From a candidate division WOR-3 bacterium (GTDB lineage: Bacteria; Hydrothermota; Hydrothermia; JBDRYB01): DNA of 64,000 bases. The notes under the pieces are model-generated. The model searched no databases and was not told where the DNA came from. It was given only the letters and a program-made list of their open reading frames with translations. Where the stretch lies: contig JBDRYB010000001.1 in the NCBI GenBank assembly GCA_039803205.1, positions 1 to 64,000 of the forward strand, read 5' to 3'. This document shows, piece after piece, positions 10,342 through 20,478 of this stretch. Position 1 is the first letter of the stretch, and the number at the start of each line of letters is the position of its first letter. The translations under genes were made by a program, and so were the position numbers.

Positions 10342-10998
10342 TCACCCCCTTACTGCTGAGAGAATAACCAGGTATTCCCTCATGGCGGCTTCAACCTTGG
10401 ACACTATGTCCGATGTCTTCTTGGTGAAGTAGTTGAAGAAGCCCACCGCGAGCATGGCTATGATCAGTCCAACCCATGTAGTAATAAGGGCTGTTGATAT
10501 ACCCTTACCAACCACCTCAGGTCCGCCCGTTCCCGTAACCGCTATCTGGTGGAACGCGTCAATGAGTCCATCAACGGTTCCGAACAGGCCCAAAAGAGGT
10601 CCAATCGCGCCCACCGAGGACAGGCCTGACAGGAACCTGGTCATCCTGTCTCGCTCAAATAGGACCTTGGATTCCATGAGGTCAAGGATGCGGTCCTCGG
10701 GGAGCTCTATGTTCTCTATGCCGACCTTGATCACATTGTGCAGGGGGGTATCCTTGGATTCACAATAGGAAAGCGCCCCATCAACATCGCCGGCCTTGAG
10801 ATACTCGGCCAGCTCCCTGATGAATTTGCTCTGGTCAAAGCGCCTCCTCAGGAAGAAAACCATCCTTTCTATGATCAGGGTCAGGTCCGCTATACTGCAT
10901 ATGAGCAGGGCGAACATCGTGAGGTTGTCAAAGAAGGTGCCCGCGGTGATAACGCCATCAAAAATGGCGTATAGTTTGAAGATGTTCAAGATGTTCAT
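10342..10998 (-). CDS. exbB: ExbB/TolQ/MotA proton channel
   Basis: PLLGLFGTV.G and GISTALITTWVGL motifs. Confidence 0.93.
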   Translation of the reverse strand: MNILNIFKLYAIFDGVITAGTFFDNLTMFALLICSIADLTLIIERMVFFLRRRFDQSKFIRELAEYLKAGDVDGALSYCESKDTPLHNVIKVGIENIELPEDRILDLMESKVLFERDRMTRFLSGLSSVGAIGPLLGLFGTVDGLIDAFHQIAVTGTGGPEVVGKGISTALITTWVGLIIAMLAVGFFNYFTKKTSDIVSKVEAAMREYLVILSAVRG

Positions 10999-11122
10999 CT
11001 TTGTTCCTCCTTACATCTCTCACACAGCTTTATATTATAAGGGGTTTTCTTGGTTTTTTCAAGGCCCAAGTTTACCCTAGTGTCCCACAATGAGCGAACA
11101 GCGAGGAATGAGAAACCGATCA

Positions 11123-13666
11123 TCAGTGGGGTAGGGTTTTTATGTATTCGTTCAGCTGGGTTGCCTCCTCAAACCTGCCGGCCGCGTTGTAGACATCTAC
11201 GGCCTGCTGGAAAACCTTCACGGCCTTGGCGGTTTGGCCCATCTGAACATAGGCCATTCCCATGAACTTCAGAGCGTCGCCTCTGAACTCGGTATCGGGG
11301 AATTTGTTCAGCTCCTCCTCAAAGGTGGCCACAGATTCCTGATACTTGCCGAGCCCAAAATATGCCATGGCGAGCCAGTGGGTGACCTCCTTTATCTGCT
11401 TGCCGTTAGGGTAGAAGTCCTTGTATTTCTTGAAAGCAACCGAGGCCTCGGAGAACTTCTTCAGCTTGTAGAAGAGGGTTCCGGAGTAGTAGAGGGCATC
11501 AGAGGTACGTTCTGATTTGGGGAACTCGTTCGCCACTCTGAAAAATATCTCGGCCGCTAATGAGTCGTTCTTCTCCTCATAGGCCTTAGCGGCCTGCTCG
11601 TAGAGGGCCGCGGCAGCCAGCTCGGACTCGGGGAATGCCTTTATGAAGTCCTCTACCACCTCTGGATTATCCCTGGTCAAGAGGTAGTATATCTGCTGCA
11701 TGCGCTCCTTAACCTGTCTGTCAAGCTCAGGGTCCCTTCCCTGGTATAGGGTCAGATACTTCTCGTATTCTTTGAGGGCGTCCTGATAGTTCTTGGTTAG
11801 GGTCTTGCTCTCCGCGAGCATGTATTGTGCTCTCGGAGCGCGGTAATAGTTGGGGTAGTGCTCCAGAAGCCAAGCCAGGAGGTTGCCAGCCTTCTGATAC
11901 TCGCCACCCTTCATGTATATGTCAGCGGCCTTGAAAGCGCTTTCAGCCGAGCGGGGAGCCTCCGGATACTTTGTCAGGCACTCCTCGTAGAGCTTTATGG
12001 CATCTCCCCAGTATCTGAGAGCCTGGGCCGAATAACCCTTGTAGTAAATGAGATCCGGCATCTCCTGATGGCGCTCCGGGAAAGCGTTTGCGGTTGCCGC
12101 GAACTCCCGGAAGGCATCCTCGTATTTGCCCTTGTTGAAGTAGCAGACACCCATTCCCATGTGTATGGCCACTATCACAGAGGTATCCGTAGCCGCGGCC
12201 TCTATGGACTTGAACTGAGCGAGCGCGTCGTCATAACGTCCCTGGTGGAGGAAGACCCAACCCAGACCCAGACGGGACAGGAGGATGAGGTCTCGGTGTA
12301 TCGTTCTCTGTATGTTCCAGTTATAACGCAATTCAGCGTCACCAAGCGCGTTAGCATAGTAGGAGCCCTCCGCGAGACCAAAGATGAACCAGCCATCCCA
12401 GAGGTCATAGGTGGTATCAGCGTTTATCTCTGGCCAATAGAGGTTCCCCTTCAGAACGGCCTGGTCAAAACTCTGGCCCCTGACCAGGGAGAGAAGGGTC
12501 ATAGCCATGGCCGGACGACGGAAGTATGATTGCGGATAGTTCTCTATTACGGTCTGGAAGGAGAGGACCGCGGCCGCGTATTTGTCCAGGGAGTAGCTTA
12601 TGGCGCCGCGGATGTATTCGCCTATGCCACCCTCCTCAGGGGCAAGAGGAAACGAGAGGAGCTGATCCGCCATGAGGTAAGCCTGCGCGCTGTCTCCCTT
12701 GTAGAAATAGGACTCGGCCATCCGGAGGAACGCGATGGTTGAGACCACATTATCTCCCGCAAGGGACCTGGCTGTCTGGAAGTACTTTATGGCGTCATCA
12801 TACTTCTTGAAGCGCATCTGGCAGTTCCCAGCGTAGTATGCGGCGAGGCCCTGGAACTCAAACTCCTTCTTTTTTGCCAGGAAGCTCATCTTCTCAAGAC
12901 ACTGATCGTAGTAATCAAGCCTGTAAAGTGAGACCCCCCAGTAATACTGAACATAGTCAGAAAGGGGGTGGCCGTGGTAGCGCTTGATGAACTCCTGAGC
13001 CAGGGTAGCGGTTCCCTTGTAGTCGCCGTAGAGGAAGTTTGCCTCTATTATCCCATACTGTATGAGTCCCTCTAGCGGCGTGCCGGAGTATTCTGAAAGG
13101 AGCTTCTTGTATATCTCTATGGCATCAAGAGGGCGTTTGGTGAGCGCAAGGGTCCTGGCGTAGAAGAACTTGGCCTCAGGGAGGTCAGCCTGCGCGAGCT
13201 TGAGAACAGCCTCATCAAACTTGCCCTCCCGGTAATCTATTATGCCCAGGAGGAACTTGGTCCTTGGGGAGTTCTTGTAGTATGGGTAGGCCTGAAGTGA
13301 TTGAACGAGCTGTTTGGCATACTGGATATCACCCCGGATGGTGTAGGCCACTGCAAGGGCATAGGCAACCTCCTGCTCCAGGTATGTGCCCTTTATGTGG
13401 CCGTCCTTTGACATCTTGTCAAATTCCTTGACCGCGGTATTGAAATCGCCCTTGTTGAAGTAGCACTCAAGGATGCGGTATCTGATCTCGTAGCCGAAAT
13501 CAAAAGCAAAGGCATCCTTCTCTATCTTCTTGTAGATGTTCAAGGCCTTGTCATACTCGCCGCGCTGAAAATACATCTCCGCTTGCTGGTAGGCCTTGTA
13601 GAAGTTGTCATATGTCATGGCTCCCAAGGTCACCAGCAAGAGCGTCTTTGCGGTTAAGATACCCAT
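11123..13666 (-). CDS. Large exported TPR-repeat protein
   Basis: 847 aa of tandem TPR-like helical repeats with N-terminal hydrophobic stretch. Confidence 0.88.
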   Translation of the reverse strand: MGILTAKTLLLVTLGAMTYDNFYKAYQQAEMYFQRGEYDKALNIYKKIEKDAFAFDFGYEIRYRILECYFNKGDFNTAVKEFDKMSKDGHIKGTYLEQEVAYALAVAYTIRGDIQYAKQLVQSLQAYPYYKNSPRTKFLLGIIDYREGKFDEAVLKLAQADLPEAKFFYARTLALTKRPLDAIEIYKKLLSEYSGTPLEGLIQYGIIEANFLYGDYKGTATLAQEFIKRYHGHPLSDYVQYYWGVSLYRLDYYDQCLEKMSFLAKKKEFEFQGLAAYYAGNCQMRFKKYDDAIKYFQTARSLAGDNVVSTIAFLRMAESYFYKGDSAQAYLMADQLLSFPLAPEEGGIGEYIRGAISYSLDKYAAAVLSFQTVIENYPQSYFRRPAMAMTLLSLVRGQSFDQAVLKGNLYWPEINADTTYDLWDGWFIFGLAEGSYYANALGDAELRYNWNIQRTIHRDLILLSRLGLGWVFLHQGRYDDALAQFKSIEAAATDTSVIVAIHMGMGVCYFNKGKYEDAFREFAATANAFPERHQEMPDLIYYKGYSAQALRYWGDAIKLYEECLTKYPEAPRSAESAFKAADIYMKGGEYQKAGNLLAWLLEHYPNYYRAPRAQYMLAESKTLTKNYQDALKEYEKYLTLYQGRDPELDRQVKERMQQIYYLLTRDNPEVVEDFIKAFPESELAAAALYEQAAKAYEEKNDSLAAEIFFRVANEFPKSERTSDALYYSGTLFYKLKKFSEASVAFKKYKDFYPNGKQIKEVTHWLAMAYFGLGKYQESVATFEEELNKFPDTEFRGDALKFMGMAYVQMGQTAKAVKVFQQAVDVYNAAGRFEEATQLNEYIKTLPH

Positions 13667-13667
13667 T

Positions 13668-14924
13668 TTACCAAACCTCCGCTTTCTTTACGGTTAAAAG
13701 ATAACCAGACCTCTCAAAACGCTCGCCACCCATGTCTATAACCTCAAAGTGGTAGTTGTAGTTGCCGGGGGGAACGAGCCTACCGGAGTCATCCCTTCCA
13801 TCCCATTCTATCCTCACCGGAGGGTCACCCTCACCCCTGAAGACGCGAACAACCTCTCCGGTCTGCTTCTTTATGAGAACCGTCCATTCATCAGCCATCT
13901 GCCTCGGGAAGGAATGGAGGTAGACATAGGAGTAGTTGTTGATGTCCCCTTCGGTTGCGGAAATGAGCTTGGGGTCTGCGTTTGCCCATACCCGGTAGCC
14001 GGAGAACTGAATCGTGCCGGATATCTGCTGGGTCTCCTCGTATATGGTGCGGGAGGAGTGGTTATAGGAATATGTGTAATCAACCCGGCCTATCACATCC
14101 CTTATCGTCACCTCAAATCCGCCGCCGCCGGAGATGTCCTCCTGGTTTGCTCCTCCCCTTATATATAGGAAGGAGAGGGGTCTGGCTTCTGCCCCCCCAA
14201 AGAAGTGGAAGTTCTGATAGTGCGAGCTGTGGGAGGCATCCAGGGTTACCGTGAACCACTCAAGGGGCCTCCAGCCTATGCCGAGGCGCCATACCTGGGG
14301 ATACCTCTCGGTCTCGGTCTTGTGTTTTACCGTCATCGGGAGGAAGTTTATGGCCGCCACGCCTATTGACCAGCTGTCGTTGGGCTTGAAGAGCATGCCC
14401 AGGTCCACGCCAACAGCCCCGGTGGTAAAGGTATAGACCCTCTCATACTGAACCTTGAGGTTACCGCCTATTGCGAGGCTGTGGGTCAGGGACTTGCTGT
14501 AAGCGAAAAGCCCAGCGTTCTGAACCGCGCCCGTCCACAGGATCTCATCCCTCGTGTCACCGAATGTGTCCCCGTGAAGAATGAGATCAGGAGCATCCAC
14601 GGATAACAGCGTAATACCAAAGGAACCGTAAGTAGCGGTTGGGAAAGACAAGGCCGCGAAGTAGTAATCAACCCCGCCGGTCTCTCCTATCACATTCGGC
14701 ATCCAGTAGGTGCCGGCCATGACATTCTTGCGCTGGAGAAAGGCCAGGCCCCCGGGGTTGAAATAGATGGTCTCTATGTCGTCCGCGAGCCCAGTGAAGG
14801 CCTTGCCCAGCGCAAACGGCCTGGCGCCAACGCAGTAATCATAGAGCTCTCCTGGCATCCCGCCGTCGGCCATGGCGCCCAAGAGGGTGTTAGCTATGAT
14901 CCCGGCTACTTCAAGCGATATCAT
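13668..14924 (-). CDS. PorV/FadL-like outer-membrane barrel fused to C-terminal FlgD-like Ig domain
   Basis: GARPFALGKAFTGLADD...YFNPGGL hatch motif, amphipathic beta strands, C-terminal WDGRDDSGRLVPPGNY. Confidence 0.8.
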   Translation of the reverse strand: MISLEVAGIIANTLLGAMADGGMPGELYDYCVGARPFALGKAFTGLADDIETIYFNPGGLAFLQRKNVMAGTYWMPNVIGETGGVDYYFAALSFPTATYGSFGITLLSVDAPDLILHGDTFGDTRDEILWTGAVQNAGLFAYSKSLTHSLAIGGNLKVQYERVYTFTTGAVGVDLGMLFKPNDSWSIGVAAINFLPMTVKHKTETERYPQVWRLGIGWRPLEWFTVTLDASHSSHYQNFHFFGGAEARPLSFLYIRGGANQEDISGGGGFEVTIRDVIGRVDYTYSYNHSSRTIYEETQQISGTIQFSGYRVWANADPKLISATEGDINNYSYVYLHSFPRQMADEWTVLIKKQTGEVVRVFRGEGDPPVRIEWDGRDDSGRLVPPGNYNYHFEVIDMGGERFERSGYLLTVKKAEVW

Positions 14925-14934
14925 CTTTACCTCC

Positions 14935-15294
14935 TTACCATGTTACGCCTATCCACTCACGCTGTTGATAGCCCGCGAACCCCTCAGGGCTTATCATGGT
15001 CATTATGAGCATGTATTGTCCGGATTGAACCTTCCTGCGGCCGTTGGTAACTCCATACCACTTGGCCACTCCGGTGTTGTCTATGTATCCACTGCTATCC
15101 CAAACGAGCTTTCCGTAGATGTCATATATCTCAAACCTGAACTTCAAACCAGGAGCCGCGTGTATCCATATTGGAACAAATCCCGTATCCGAGTTGCGGA
15201 GCCAGCTGGGTGCGACCTTGAAGGGCGCATCCTGGCCGCGAATAGCCGATACGGCCAAGAGCAAACCAGCAGATATGGTTAAGAGCCTTTTCAT
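14935..15294 (-). CDS. Small exported protein made of a single FlgD/CTD-like Ig domain
   Basis: Signal peptide then IYDIYGKLVW...WYGVTNGRRKVQSGQY. Confidence 0.65.
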   Translation of the reverse strand: MKRLLTISAGLLLAVSAIRGQDAPFKVAPSWLRNSDTGFVPIWIHAAPGLKFRFEIYDIYGKLVWDSSGYIDNTGVAKWYGVTNGRRKVQSGQYMLIMTMISPEGFAGYQQREWIGVTW

Positions 15295-15427
15295 CTCTCA
15301 AAACTCCTTGTCTCTGTTTCTGTCTTTAGGGTAAGGCCCCCTGAAAAAGGCGCTGATACCAGCCGGAAAGGCGGTATCTGTGTCCACCAGGGGTTCCGGC
15401 CCACAAAAACTTCTCCGTAGGGTAATC

Positions 15428-15952
15428 TTACCACCATGATTCAAGCCCGGGCTGTTGCTCTGTTAAAGAGCCCGACTCGCCCACTTTGGTTTCCAAAAGA
15501 TGAGCTATCTTGTAGATATCAGAGTAATACCGGGTGTCCATCTTGAGGGGGCGCTCCTGGTAATCATCCCCGTAGGGCCGAGGCCCCCTAAACCTTATAA
15601 CACCCTGCATCTTAACGGAGTTTCTATCGTCAGGAGCCGTGCCCACATAACAGGTCAGCTTTATGCTCGGATCACGAACCCCGAGCCCCAGAAAGGCCCA
15701 CCCCTTCATGCAACACGAGTAGCTGTATGGTTTGTAGTCAGTAACCAATATTCCTTCATCGCGAGCATAGGTTGAAACAGGGTAACCGGTCTCGTAAAGG
15801 GCCTCAGTGAGGGCATCAAATATCTTCTCCTTGTCAGCCTTGAATCTGAGCTCAAGGACATCAGGGGTCCTGGCGTCAGAATTTGCATTTGGAGGAAGTG
15901 TAGCGCATCCAACCGCGGCGAGGATCCCTGCCAAAAACAGCAAATTTCGCAT
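15428..15952 (-). CDS. Hypothetical lipoprotein
   Basis: MRNLLFLAGILAAVGC lipobox; start moved from 16021 to ATG 15952. Confidence 0.7.
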   Translation of the reverse strand: MRNLLFLAGILAAVGCATLPPNANSDARTPDVLELRFKADKEKIFDALTEALYETGYPVSTYARDEGILVTDYKPYSYSCCMKGWAFLGLGVRDPSIKLTCYVGTAPDDRNSVKMQGVIRFRGPRPYGDDYQERPLKMDTRYYSDIYKIAHLLETKVGESGSLTEQQPGLESWW

Positions 15953-16017
15953 GCTCGGCCCAAAATATAAAACAACCCAGCTAGCCGGCGCAAGCTGATC
16001 GATTCCTCTTTTCAGCA

Positions 16018-17556
16018 TCACTTATCCTCCTTTGGCTTGGAAATGATTATCTCAACCCTCCTGTTTGCGGAGCGCCCCTCCTCGGAGTCATTGGATGCCA
16101 CGGGCTTTGACTCCCCATATCCCTTGTAAGTAAAAAGATTGCCCGGTAAGCCCTCAACGAGAACAAAGTAGTCCCTTACAGCCTTTGCCCTGGCCTCCGA
16201 GAGCGCCTGGTTGTCGGGATACTTGGCCTTAAGCCTCTCGGATATCGGCACATTGTCCGTATGTCCCTCTATGCTCACGGGATACTTGGGATATGAGGCC
16301 AGAAACCTGGAGACCTTCTTCAGGACAATTATACCCTCAACGGGGAGGTCGGCCGAACCCGACGCGAACCGGATGGCCTTTTCCCCCGCGGTTATCTTGA
16401 TGAATTCCTTCTGCTCTTCTATCTTGAGGCCCTCTATCTTCTGAAGCGCCTCAAGGGCTTCCTGGCGCATCTTCTCTACATTCTGGCGTTCTTTCTCAAG
16501 CCTTGCTCTCTCCTCTTCTAGCCGGGCCCTCTCAGCGGCTATTTCATCCCTGAGCCTTGCTATCTCATCCATCAGGGAGTCAACCCGCCTCTCCCTTGCC
16601 AAAAGAAGGGCTTCCTGCTCCGCGGCGAGGGCTTTAGCTTTGTCCTTCGCATAGGCATCGCCAGGCCAGACCCTGAGCCCAAGCCAATGGCTGGGGGTTG
16701 ATCTATCTCCGAGGTCATACGGAAAGATCAAAGCATAGTCTATCTCCCAATCCGTAGATTCCATGTTAAGGGTCCTGAAGCCCGTGCCGAAGGAGAACTC
16801 CATGGACTTTCCGCCCGCTATCCTTGAGCCACCCCTCAGACCCCACCTGTTCCAAAGCCATGTCTCAGCTCCAACGGCGAGGCCAAGATCCCCATCCCTG
16901 TAGCCCATGTTCCAGGAAACGAGGGGAGTAAAAATTCGCCCTTGTTCGCCCGTGAGTAGAAAAACCCCTCCTGACCAAAAATAAGACGGAGCGCCCTCAG
17001 CGCCGATATCGGAAACTCCAAAGCCAAGCCTGAGCCCAGAAAGGCCCGGCCATACGGTCGCGGAGAGACCAGCCGATGCCCTCTCGGGGAATCTGGCGAC
17101 AGCAAGGGGCGCAACGGAATCTCCGGAGCCAGTCTTGCCAAGAGCCTTAACTGAAACCCCGATGACCATCCGCGGGAAGGCATAAGAGAAGGCTCCGGCC
17201 AAACAGTCCTCGCCAAAACTGCCTGAGGTGTCCTTTATGAACCTGTGTTGGAAGGAAAGACCGCCATAGACCCTCTCAAGAAGGGAAGTGCCATAGGCAA
17301 GCCCAAAATAGCCGGAGCGATCCGGACTTGACCAGGGGAGCCCATACTGGAAACCGATCTCGCGCCTTCGTAGGTCAAAAAGCCTTGAGGGAACACCATC
17401 CAGGCCTCCCACGCCCGAGAAAAGAAGTCCTGTATTAGCCATGCCCATTGACCTCGCGTCCAGTGAGAAATCCTCATAGTGCGCACCAGCACCAGAAAAG
17501 CAAATAAAAAACCAAATCGCAAATCCTTTAAGCAACCCCTTCATCTCTCGGCGCAA
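16018..17556 (-). CDS. PorV-like barrel + coiled coil + OmpA/MotB peptidoglycan-binding domain fusion
   Basis: DARSMGM hatch motif, beta strands, E/R-rich coiled coil, IEGHTDN...LSEARA...NRRVEI. Confidence 0.82.
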   Translation of the reverse strand: MRREMKGLLKGFAIWFFICFSGAGAHYEDFSLDARSMGMANTGLLFSGVGGLDGVPSRLFDLRRREIGFQYGLPWSSPDRSGYFGLAYGTSLLERVYGGLSFQHRFIKDTSGSFGEDCLAGAFSYAFPRMVIGVSVKALGKTGSGDSVAPLAVARFPERASAGLSATVWPGLSGLRLGFGVSDIGAEGAPSYFWSGGVFLLTGEQGRIFTPLVSWNMGYRDGDLGLAVGAETWLWNRWGLRGGSRIAGGKSMEFSFGTGFRTLNMESTDWEIDYALIFPYDLGDRSTPSHWLGLRVWPGDAYAKDKAKALAAEQEALLLARERRVDSLMDEIARLRDEIAAERARLEEERARLEKERQNVEKMRQEALEALQKIEGLKIEEQKEFIKITAGEKAIRFASGSADLPVEGIIVLKKVSRFLASYPKYPVSIEGHTDNVPISERLKAKYPDNQALSEARAKAVRDYFVLVEGLPGNLFTYKGYGESKPVASNDSEEGRSANRRVEIIISKPKEDK

Positions 17557-17586
17557 ATTTTAAAGTATTTGCCAAGGCAAGTCAAG

Positions 17587-18417
17587 TTATACATCCTCCC
17601 GCGAGGTTCCTGAAACCCTATGCAAATCAAGGAGCTCGCTGAGAAATCCCTCAAGCTCAGAAAGCCGAAACTGGGTTGCGGGGTCCGAGAGCGCGTCCTG
17701 GGGAGATGGATGGACCTCCATAAAAATCCCATCAACGCCGAAGGCGACCGCGGCCCTGGCAAGGGGCCTTATGGATTCCCTGTGGCCGCCGGAAGCGTTC
17801 CCGAGGCCGCCAGGACTCTGAACAGAATGGGTTGCGTCAAAGATGACCGGATAACCCAGCTCGCGCATTATCCCGAGGCTTCTCATGTCAACAACGAGGT
17901 CGTGGTATCCAAAGAAGGTGCCGCGCTCCGTGAGGAGAACCTGGTTGTTTCCGGTTGACTCTATCTTCCTCGCCGGATGGAGCATGTCCCCAGGAGCCAT
18001 GAACTGAGACTTCTTGAGGTTTACGGGCAATCCCGTTTTCCCAGCGGCCAAAAGGAGGTCTGTCTGGCGCACGAGAAAGGCCGGGATCTGCAGGGCATCA
18101 ACAACGCGGGCCGATGGCTCAGCCTCTTGGGGAAGGTGGATGTCAGTGAGCACAGGGAGACCGGACTCCTCCTTTACCCTGGCGAGGATCTCAAGGCCCT
18201 TGGAAAGCCCTGGGCCCCTGAACGAGTTAATGGATGTCCTGTTCGCCTTGTCATATGAAGCCTTGAAAACAGCGCCGATTCCAAGTTTTTCGGTTATCTC
18301 CTTTATGGCCAGAGCGGTCTCAAGGGTCATGGCCTCACTTTCAATCACACAAGGCCCCAAGATGAAAGAGAGGCCCCCATCCCCGAAGAAGACACGACCA
18401 ATGCTAACTGGCCTCAT
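17587..18417 (-). CDS. kdsA: KDO-8-phosphate synthase
   Basis: GPCVIES, KASYDKANRTS, DATHSVQ motifs. Confidence 0.97.
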   Translation of the reverse strand: MRPVSIGRVFFGDGGLSFILGPCVIESEAMTLETALAIKEITEKLGIGAVFKASYDKANRTSINSFRGPGLSKGLEILARVKEESGLPVLTDIHLPQEAEPSARVVDALQIPAFLVRQTDLLLAAGKTGLPVNLKKSQFMAPGDMLHPARKIESTGNNQVLLTERGTFFGYHDLVVDMRSLGIMRELGYPVIFDATHSVQSPGGLGNASGGHRESIRPLARAAVAFGVDGIFMEVHPSPQDALSDPATQFRLSELEGFLSELLDLHRVSGTSREDV

Positions 18418-18809
18418 TTTACCCCCCTCTTTCCTGTGTCCGGGGGCGGCTCATTGCCATTCAGGGTGAATACTCTGACCGTGTCTGAGCGCCCCTCGTT
18501 ATCCCATCTGTCATATGCTATTGCAACGAGCCAGTGCTCCTGGTCATAGAGCTCGGCCGTTGGCCAAGGGATCTGATAAGGCGAGGTGCTATCCGGTCCA
18601 ACATCCTCACCGTCAGCTCTCAAGAGAACCCGTCTGACTCCAGAGGGATCAAACGCGTCCACTATCACCATTACGGTGTCAGAAACCGTGTCGCCGTTCA
18701 GAGGCGAAACTATCCTCACCACCGGCCCCGCCAGTTCGGGCTTACCGGGCGGGGAGCCGACCTTCGCACAAGCCACAAAAGCAAGGAAAAACGCCCAATT
18801 TCTCCGCAC
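18414..18809 (-). CDS. Lipoprotein with bacterial Ig-like domain
   Basis: FVAC lipobox, CAKVGSPPG, P.V.I.SP..G...AYD..DN pattern. Confidence 0.72.
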   Translation of the reverse strand: MRRNWAFFLAFVACAKVGSPPGKPELAGPVVRIVSPLNGDTVSDTVMVIVDAFDPSGVRRVLLRADGEDVGPDSTSPYQIPWPTAELYDQEHWLVAIAYDRWDNEGRSDTVRVFTLNGNEPPPDTGKRGVK

Positions 18810-18857
18810 GCGAGAAATTATAAGGCAGATCAGCGGTCTGAGGCCTACGATACAAAT

Positions 18858-20372
18858 TCAACGGACCGAAACCACTCCAGCTTGGTTTTGGGTAGCCCAG
18901 AGATAAACTCCGGCTTTCAGGTCTATGCGGTTGGAACCCTTCATCAGGTTTCCGGAATAAGCGAGCCTGCCATCAGGTCTGTAAATCTTTATCATCACAT
19001 CTCCGTGAGAAACGAACAGCAGGCCGCCCCTTATTGGCGAGCAGTCTATTGCGGGGATTAGCTCAGCATCCCTCTCTTCAACTCCCGATGGGCAAACATC
19101 AGTTACGACCAGCCCTGAGGGTATAACCGCTATGCTTGGTGAGGAGGTCTGAGGAGAACAAACCGCGCCCATGCTCGGGGACCATGTGGCCGGAGTAATG
19201 TTCACCTCAGCGGGCGAGCAATCCTCAACACAGCCAGGGTAATCACCGTTCTGATCCAGGCTGAGAACCACGAGGTCGCTCTCCCCAGCTCCAAAGCTGT
19301 TGGTATGCCCAGCAACAACAAACCCGCCATCTGAAGCCTGAATTAGGGAATAAGGATACTCAAGCCCCCCTGATCCAAAGGTCTTCGCCCAGGCTATGGA
19401 CCCATCCTTGTCCAGTTTGAGAATCAGGAAATCACTAGAGCCTGCTCCAAAGCTGTGGGTATATCCAGCCAGAATGTATCCTCCATCAGAAGCCTGGGTT
19501 ACGAAGTTGGCGTATTCGTAGTCTGCTCCTCCGAATGTCTTAGCCCACGCGAGGGAACCATTTGGGTTCATCTTGAGAACGAGGAAATCCCAAGAACCTG
19601 CTCCAAAGCTGTAGGTATATCCAGCCAGAATGTATCCTCCATCAGAAGCTTGGGTTAAGGACAAAGCACCGTCCGGACCTGTCCCCCCGAATGTTCTGGC
19701 CCAGGCTAAGGAGCCGTCTGAATTCAGCTTGAGGACAAGAACATCGCTACTGCCAGCTCCAAAGCTAGCGGTATATCCCGCAACAGCATAACCGCCATCC
19801 TGTGTCTGGATTACTGATTGAGCGTAGTCTCCCAAATTTCCCCCGAATGTCCTAGCCCAGGCTAGAGAGCCGTCTGGATTCAGCTTGAGGACGAGGATAT
19901 CCACATACTCAACGCCAAAACTTTGAGTGTATCCTACAAAGAGGTATCCCCCATCAGAGCTCTGAAGCATGGCGTAAGCCGCATCCTCGCTTGAACCACC
20001 AAATGTTTTTGCCCAGGTTATAGAGCCGTCAGGATTCAGCTTTAGAACGAGGATATCGCTACCGCCAGCTCCGAAACTTGAAGTGCGCCCAGTCACAGCG
20101 TATCCCCCCTCAAGGCTCTGAATTATTGAGTATGCGCACTCGTAATCTGACCCACCAAATGCCTTAGCCCAAGCTAGAGAACCATCGGGATTCAGCTTGA
20201 GAACGAGGATATCGCCTCCGGCACCATAGCTCTCAGTGTATCCCGCAACAACATAACCACCCGATAGGATCTGAGCTATTGAATAACCGTAATCAGCGGC
20301 CGTCCCTCCATAGGCCTTTGCAAAAAGGGGAAGGCCAACCAAGACTTGCAGTAGCATCATAGAAAGATGCAT
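18858..20372 (-). CDS. Secreted beta-propeller repeat protein with T9SS-like CTD
   Basis: About seven 52-aa repeats (WAKTFGG...DGGY..AGYT.SFGAG..D.LVLKL); C-terminal IY..DGRL...GVYLW; SD AGGAGG before ATG 20372. Confidence 0.85.
   Translation of the reverse strand: MHLSMMLLQVLVGLPLFAKAYGGTAADYGYSIAQILSGGYVVAGYTESYGAGGDILVLKLNPDGSLAWAKAFGGSDYECAYSIIQSLEGGYAVTGRTSSFGAGGSDILVLKLNPDGSITWAKTFGGSSEDAAYAMLQSSDGGYLFVGYTQSFGVEYVDILVLKLNPDGSLAWARTFGGNLGDYAQSVIQTQDGGYAVAGYTASFGAGSSDVLVLKLNSDGSLAWARTFGGTGPDGALSLTQASDGGYILAGYTYSFGAGSWDFLVLKMNPNGSLAWAKTFGGADYEYANFVTQASDGGYILAGYTHSFGAGSSDFLILKLDKDGSIAWAKTFGSGGLEYPYSLIQASDGGFVVAGHTNSFGAGESDLVVLSLDQNGDYPGCVEDCSPAEVNITPATWSPSMGAVCSPQTSSPSIAVIPSGLVVTDVCPSGVEERDAELIPAIDCSPIRGGLLFVSHGDVMIKIYRPDGRLAYSGNLMKGSNRIDLKAGVYLWATQNQAGVVSVR
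19441..19657. repeat. Intragenic near-identical 61-bp direct repeat (19441-19501 / 19597-19657)
   Basis: 59/61 identity at a 156-bp (52-codon) offset. Confidence 0.8.
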
Positions 20373-20478
20373 CGCAAAACCTCCTGTGCGGAAAATATTA
20401 TATAACAGAGAAAAGAGCCCATTCAAGCCCATGGGAGCTTGAAACAGCTATGCGTTCCCTCTTAGAATTTGCCCTTGA

